DNA of 64,000 nucleotides from positions 159,278,001 through 159,342,000 of the forward strand of contig JBNRSN020000006.1 in assembly GCA_051313645.2 (NCBI GenBank), written 5' to 3'. This document shows, one piece after another, positions 59,179 to 64,000 of the stretch. Position 1 is the stretch's first letter. Every line of letters starts with the position of its first letter. The DNA is from Centroscyllium fabricii (Eukaryota). A program made the position numbers and the translations under genes. Below the pieces are notes generated by a model that worked only from the letters and a program-made list of their open reading frames with translations, did no database searches and had not been told where the DNA came from.

Positions 59179-60141
59179 CATATACAGTAACAATTTTTTT
59201 TTTGCATTTGTGCACTAGGATTAAAGGAACATTGGGGTAAATGTTAAGAATATTTAAAGGTCAGATTCTGCCAAGCCTCTCATTAGAGATCAGTCAGATG
59301 TCTATTACCTCATAAAAAGGGTGATGCTGCGATGTGGCATACCCAAAAGAGGAGCAGTGCGTGTTAAGAATTCTTCTTCAAACATTGGAAGCAAATAGCC
59401 CATGATTTACTCCAGCTTCCGCCAGGCTGGGGAAGTTAAAATAGACTCCTGCGTGTCCCATTGTAAACTGACCTCTAAACATCGTCTCAAACATAAAAAT
59501 CAACAGATATACTTCAGAACACTGGACTTCATATCACAAAGGGGTTTTGTTGTGCACATGTATATTTACAACAAGACATTGATTTTTCATCCCTCTGTTC
59601 TGTTACTAATCTTCACCTGATGCTGCATCAAGGTGCTACCCGAGGACCAGTAGATCTTGGCTGTGCTGTGGCATCATGAGCTTCTTGGGACTGAGGCGGC
59701 CCTTGTCTCAAGCCTTCTGGGTCCTGGAAGATCTTTCCAGCAGGCAGGGTCACCACTATAGGTGCGTGGGCAGACTGGTTCTGTATCCTGACACCTACAT
59801 GATCAAACATCTGAGAGGACTGATTGGATAGGGCACATGAGCTGTCATCAGGAGAAAGACTCTTAACATGATGGAAAATTCTAGGCATGGCAATTATGCT
59901 AAATTCTGGATCTGAGTGCCCACTGATCACCGAGAGGGCAGGTCTGATGGTACCGGTTAAATTCTGCAGACCTAAGAGATGGCGCCCCGAAACTCTCGGA
60001 AGCGGGTTCCCATCATTCTCTCCAAATAACCTCCCAGAAGGCCAGTGCTCAAAGCCACGTTGGATACACTGACTGGTCAGATGTAGATGTTCCTGGTTCC
60101 ACCACCCACCATAGGTAGTGCATTGTGTTCAATCCTTCTCA

Positions 60142-60441
60142 CATATTGGCCTTCCTGTTTTTGCCACCAAAGTGGATAACCTCGCATTTATCCACATTAT
60201 ATTGCATTTTCCATGCATCTGCCCAATCACCCAACCTGTCCAAATCATCCTGGAGTTTCTCTGCATCCTCCTCACAGCACACACGCCCACCCAGCTTTGT
60301 GTTGTCTGCAAACTTGGAGATATTACATCTAGTTCCCTCGTCCAGATCATTAATATATATATGGTGAATAGCTGGGGTCCGAGCACCGATCCCTGCGGTA
60401 CCCCACCCGTCACTGCCTGCCACTCGGAAAAAGATCCGTTT
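60142..60441 (-). mobile_element. CR1 RT internal fragment
   Basis: GVPQGSVLGP and YINDLD...KFADNTKLGG motifs, same family as 20420-22249. Confidence 0.88.
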
Positions 60442-61712
60442 ACCTTCACTATAACATGTTCTTGCTTAGATGTTACTCTTGAAATCAGACAAATTATTTC
60501 AATATAATCACTATGGCAATTTTTAATTTGTTTGCCATCATTTTTGATGCTGCTACATCGGCAATTCTGACAACAGCAGCATCACCATGGAATGAATTTT
60601 TGCAATTACGTATTGCTGGACGGAAAGTCTGAAACTGCAGATAACATATGGCCTTTCAAGGTTGGGTAATAAACAATTCCACAGCTTGTATACCTGCCAG
60701 GTTTGGATTCCTCAGTTCAAATTTGCATAATATCATCAGCAAAGTCACTGAGAGATGAGGTCGAAGGTCATACCTTGATCTAAGCTTTTCTGGTCAATGT
60801 CACTGCTGGACTGTTTCCGACTGTCCAGTTGAACACCAAATGCACTACCCAGTGACGCAAAATTTTTAGGATAGGACACTTCCATCACATTTATATGGCA
60901 ATTGGTGGGACAGAAATCACTGCTGTGCAGCGGAGAAATCTTGGACTTGGCTTGCTTGAAAGTTGGCCAGGCTCGATTTTTCAGAACTCGTGAAAACTAA
61001 ACCAAAAAAATTGCAAAAAGTCACAAATTATACTAACTGATGTTACAGTTATAAACTATATTGATATGAATCCCATAACTTTAAAAAAAACAAAGATAAA
61101 ATATATGAAAATTGTATCAAAGTCCCCCCCAGTGGCTCAGGTGGCTAATTGCACCATATACTATGACACTGAAGCATACAGACAAGTGTAATGTTAATTG
61201 AATGCTCGAAATAGTCGGCTAACACCAAGTTACATTGGAGCTTCTTTTATTAGGTCTTAACTCATTGACTCCAAGCCTATTCTGAAGCGTGGTCAAGATG
61301 GCGTCAGCTCTCGCCAGTGTGTGACATCAGCCGTCAATCAAACCCCTGATGTCTTTACGGCAGCTGCAGTTATCCTTACAACAAGAATGTTTCCAAGATT
61401 GTCAACTGAAGCAGCAGTGAGGTGAGAGAATTCAGTGTCATTGAAGAGGGTTGGGGAGGTGGGGGAGAGAAATCATTATTCAGCATTCCCCCCATTGATA
61501 ATGCATATGTATGAATCCAGATTAGGACACAATTAAGATTGACTGATTCTCCAATGACTGAATAGCTCATAGATGAAAAATGGCTGCTTTGGTAAGGCAT
61601 TGGAGGGCTGCCACCATGCTTGAAGCCATAATCCAGCATGAGCTACTGTGCTCAGAAGAGGAAGAGTAGGTGAGCAATTGGAAGAGATAGAAAATCGCAG
61701 CAAAGGTTAATT

Positions 61713-62899
61713 TTCGACTTTCAAAAGGCGTTCGATAAGGTCCCACATAAGAGATTAGCGTGTAACGTTAAGGCACATGGGATTGGGGGCAAGGTATTGA
61801 CTCGGATAGAGAAGTGGTTGGCAGACAGAAAGCAAAGAGTTGGAATAAACGGGTCTTTTTCCGAGTGGCAGGCAGTGACTAGTGGGGTACCGCAGGGATC
61901 GGTCCTAGGACCCCAGCTATTCACAATATATATTAATGATCTAGACGAGGGAACTAGATGTAATATCTCCATGTTTGCAGGTGACACAAAACTGGGTGGG
62001 CGTGTGTGCTGTGAAGAGATGCCGAGAAACTCCAGGATGATTTGGACAGGTTGGGTAATTGGGCAGAAGCATGGCAGATGCAGTATAATGTGGATAAATG
62101 CAAGGTTATCCACTTTGGTGTCAAACACAGGAAGGCAGATTATTATCTGAATGGCAATAGATTGGAAGAAGGGGAAGTGAAATGAGACCTGGATGTCCTT
62201 GTGCACCAGTCGCTGAAGGTAAGCATGCAGGTACAGTAGGCGGTTAAGTTGTATGTTGGTATAATGGTATGTTGGCCTTCGTAGCGAGAGGGTTTGAGTA
62301 CAGGAACAAGGATGTCTTTCTGCAGTTGTACAGGGCCTTGGTGAGATCACATCTTGAGTATTGTGTGCAGTTTTGGTCGCCTTATCTGAGGAAGGATGTT
62401 CTTGCCATGAAGGCAGTGCAGCGTGGATTCACCAGGCTGATACCTGGGATGGCAGAAATGACGTATGAGGAGAGATTGGGTCGATTGGGCTTATACTCGG
62501 TGGAGTTTAGAAGAATGAGAGGGGATCTCATTGAAACTTATAAAATTCTAAAAGGACTAGACAAACTAGATGCAGGAAGGATGTTCCTGATGGTCGGGGA
62601 GTCCAGAACCAGGGGTCACAGTCTAAGGATAACGGGTAAGCAATTTAGGACAGAGATGAGGAGGAACTTCTTCACCCAGAGAGTGGTGAACCTGTGGAAT
62701 TCTCAACCACAGAAGGCCATAGAGGCCAATTCATTAAATATATTCAAGAAGGAGTTAGATATATTTCTTCAGGCTAAAGGAATATGGGGAGAAGGCAGGA
62801 ACAAGGTACTGAATTTGGATCATCAGCCATGATCTTATTGAATGGCGGAGCAGGCTCGGGGGGCCGAATGGCCTACTCCTGCTCCTATCTTCTATGTTT
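61713..62899 (+). mobile_element. 5'-truncated CR1 LINE
   Basis: DFQKAFDKVPH, GVPQGSVLGP, LEYCVQFWSP and FFTQRVVNLWN motifs, with tail CTATCTTCTATGTTT. Confidence 0.92.
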
Positions 62900-63696
62900 G
62901 TATATTTGCTAAATTGCAAAAGCTAGATTTAATCAGCTTGATAAATTCTGTTGCTGCAGCCAGCTTGTGCTCAGCAAATAATGGCGCAAAATTTGCTGGA
63001 ACAGAACATCTTGCCGCGTGCCCGGCTAGTTAGACTTTTTCCTGCACGTTTCAGCTCAGAATGTTTTGCCCTGTAAGCTGTTGTGAGAGCTGATCAGTGC
63101 GAGGGAAACAGGGCATCTGGGACCTTCGTGAATGACAGGAGCAGCAGAGTATCTCCTTAACCAATAAGCTTTAGGGATTGAGAAATAAACAGAATTAGGA
63201 CTGAGAATGAGGGTAGAGTGGGTGAATTCAATGCCAAATCAGGTACAGAAAGAGAAATAAAGAAATGGAAAGAGAGATTGGATTAAGGAAGAGAGAGAAA
63301 AGACACAGAAAGGAAATGTAAGAAAGGAGATGTAAGAAAAAAATGTAAAATTTGACATTTTTAAAATTTCCAACAACAATTCACTACCTGTAGGAATGAG
63401 ACACCACACTTTTAATTATTCACTTTCTGAGCTAAAAAGGTTGGTTGGCATTCATTAGCAATGATCACAATGCTATTAATTACAAGACTTAAATTTCTGT
63501 GGCGGGTGTAATGGGCAATTAATTTACAAATGCAGCAACTTCATGAATGTCACAGAGAGGTTGAGGGTGAGATGACAATTTTGCGAAGCTAATGGTGGAG
63601 CGGTGTAAATTGTCCAGCAACCTATGGTGATTTGCAATTCACGGGGTGTCTTTTCCTCACCACAAGTTGCTGCCCGATTTGTACCTTAATAACAAA

Positions 63697-63820
63697 AGGC
63701 CATTGATCTGAAACGTTATCTCTGTTTCTCTCTCCACAGATGTTGCCTGACCTGCTGACTGTTTCCAGCATTTTCTGTTTTTATTTCGGATTTCCAGCAT
63801 CTGCAGTGTTGTGCTTTTGT
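63697..63820 (+). repeat. Penelope-like fragment
   Basis: GATCTGAAACGTTATCTCTGTTTCTCTCTCCACAGATGTTGCCTGACCTGCTGA matches 45666-45760. Confidence 0.65.
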
Positions 63821-63851
63821 ACATTAATAACACACGTGTCGTTCACAAGCC

Positions 63852-64000
63852 GAGGAACCAACTCGGGATCAGAGGAACCAACTCGGGATCAGGCCATCTT
63901 AGACTGGGTATTGTGCAATGAGAAGGGACTAATTAGCAATCTAGTTGTACGAGGCCCCTTGGGTCGGAGCGATCATAATATGATCGAATTCTCAGTTGAG
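63852..64000 (+). mobile_element. Start of another CR1 fragment (endonuclease C-terminal part)
   Basis: Reads EEPTRDQAILDWVLCNE...PLGRSDHNMIEF and begins with a tandem duplication of GAGGAACCAACTCGGGATCA. Confidence 0.8.

Overview
Vertebrate genomic DNA, most likely from a cartilaginous fish (HE1-like V-SINE, Deu-SINE, CR1, L2, Rex1, Penelope and Harbinger repeats). The window appears to lie inside a minus-strand PREX2 gene. Three coding exons (58500-58707, 34159-34338, 14481-14575) splice in phase across introns of about 20-24 kb that are filled with transposable elements. Eight Ty3/Gypsy LTR retrotransposons are present, all with disabling mutations or truncated: two CsRn1-type (one with a tRNA-Trp PBS), one Mag-type (tRNA-Leu PBS), and five copies (A, B, D, E, F) of an unusual lineage. 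That lineage has no tRNA primer-binding site. Instead, the 13-16 nt just after each 5' LTR are the reverse complement of that element's own poly(A)-signal segment, with compensatory changes between subfamilies. The same lineage has a leader of about 24 nt, an RT motif YLDN instead of YxDD, and tandem arrays of YY1-type motifs inside gag. Positions 1-12151 form a 4-5 level nest of insertions. All calls were made by eye, with no database searches.
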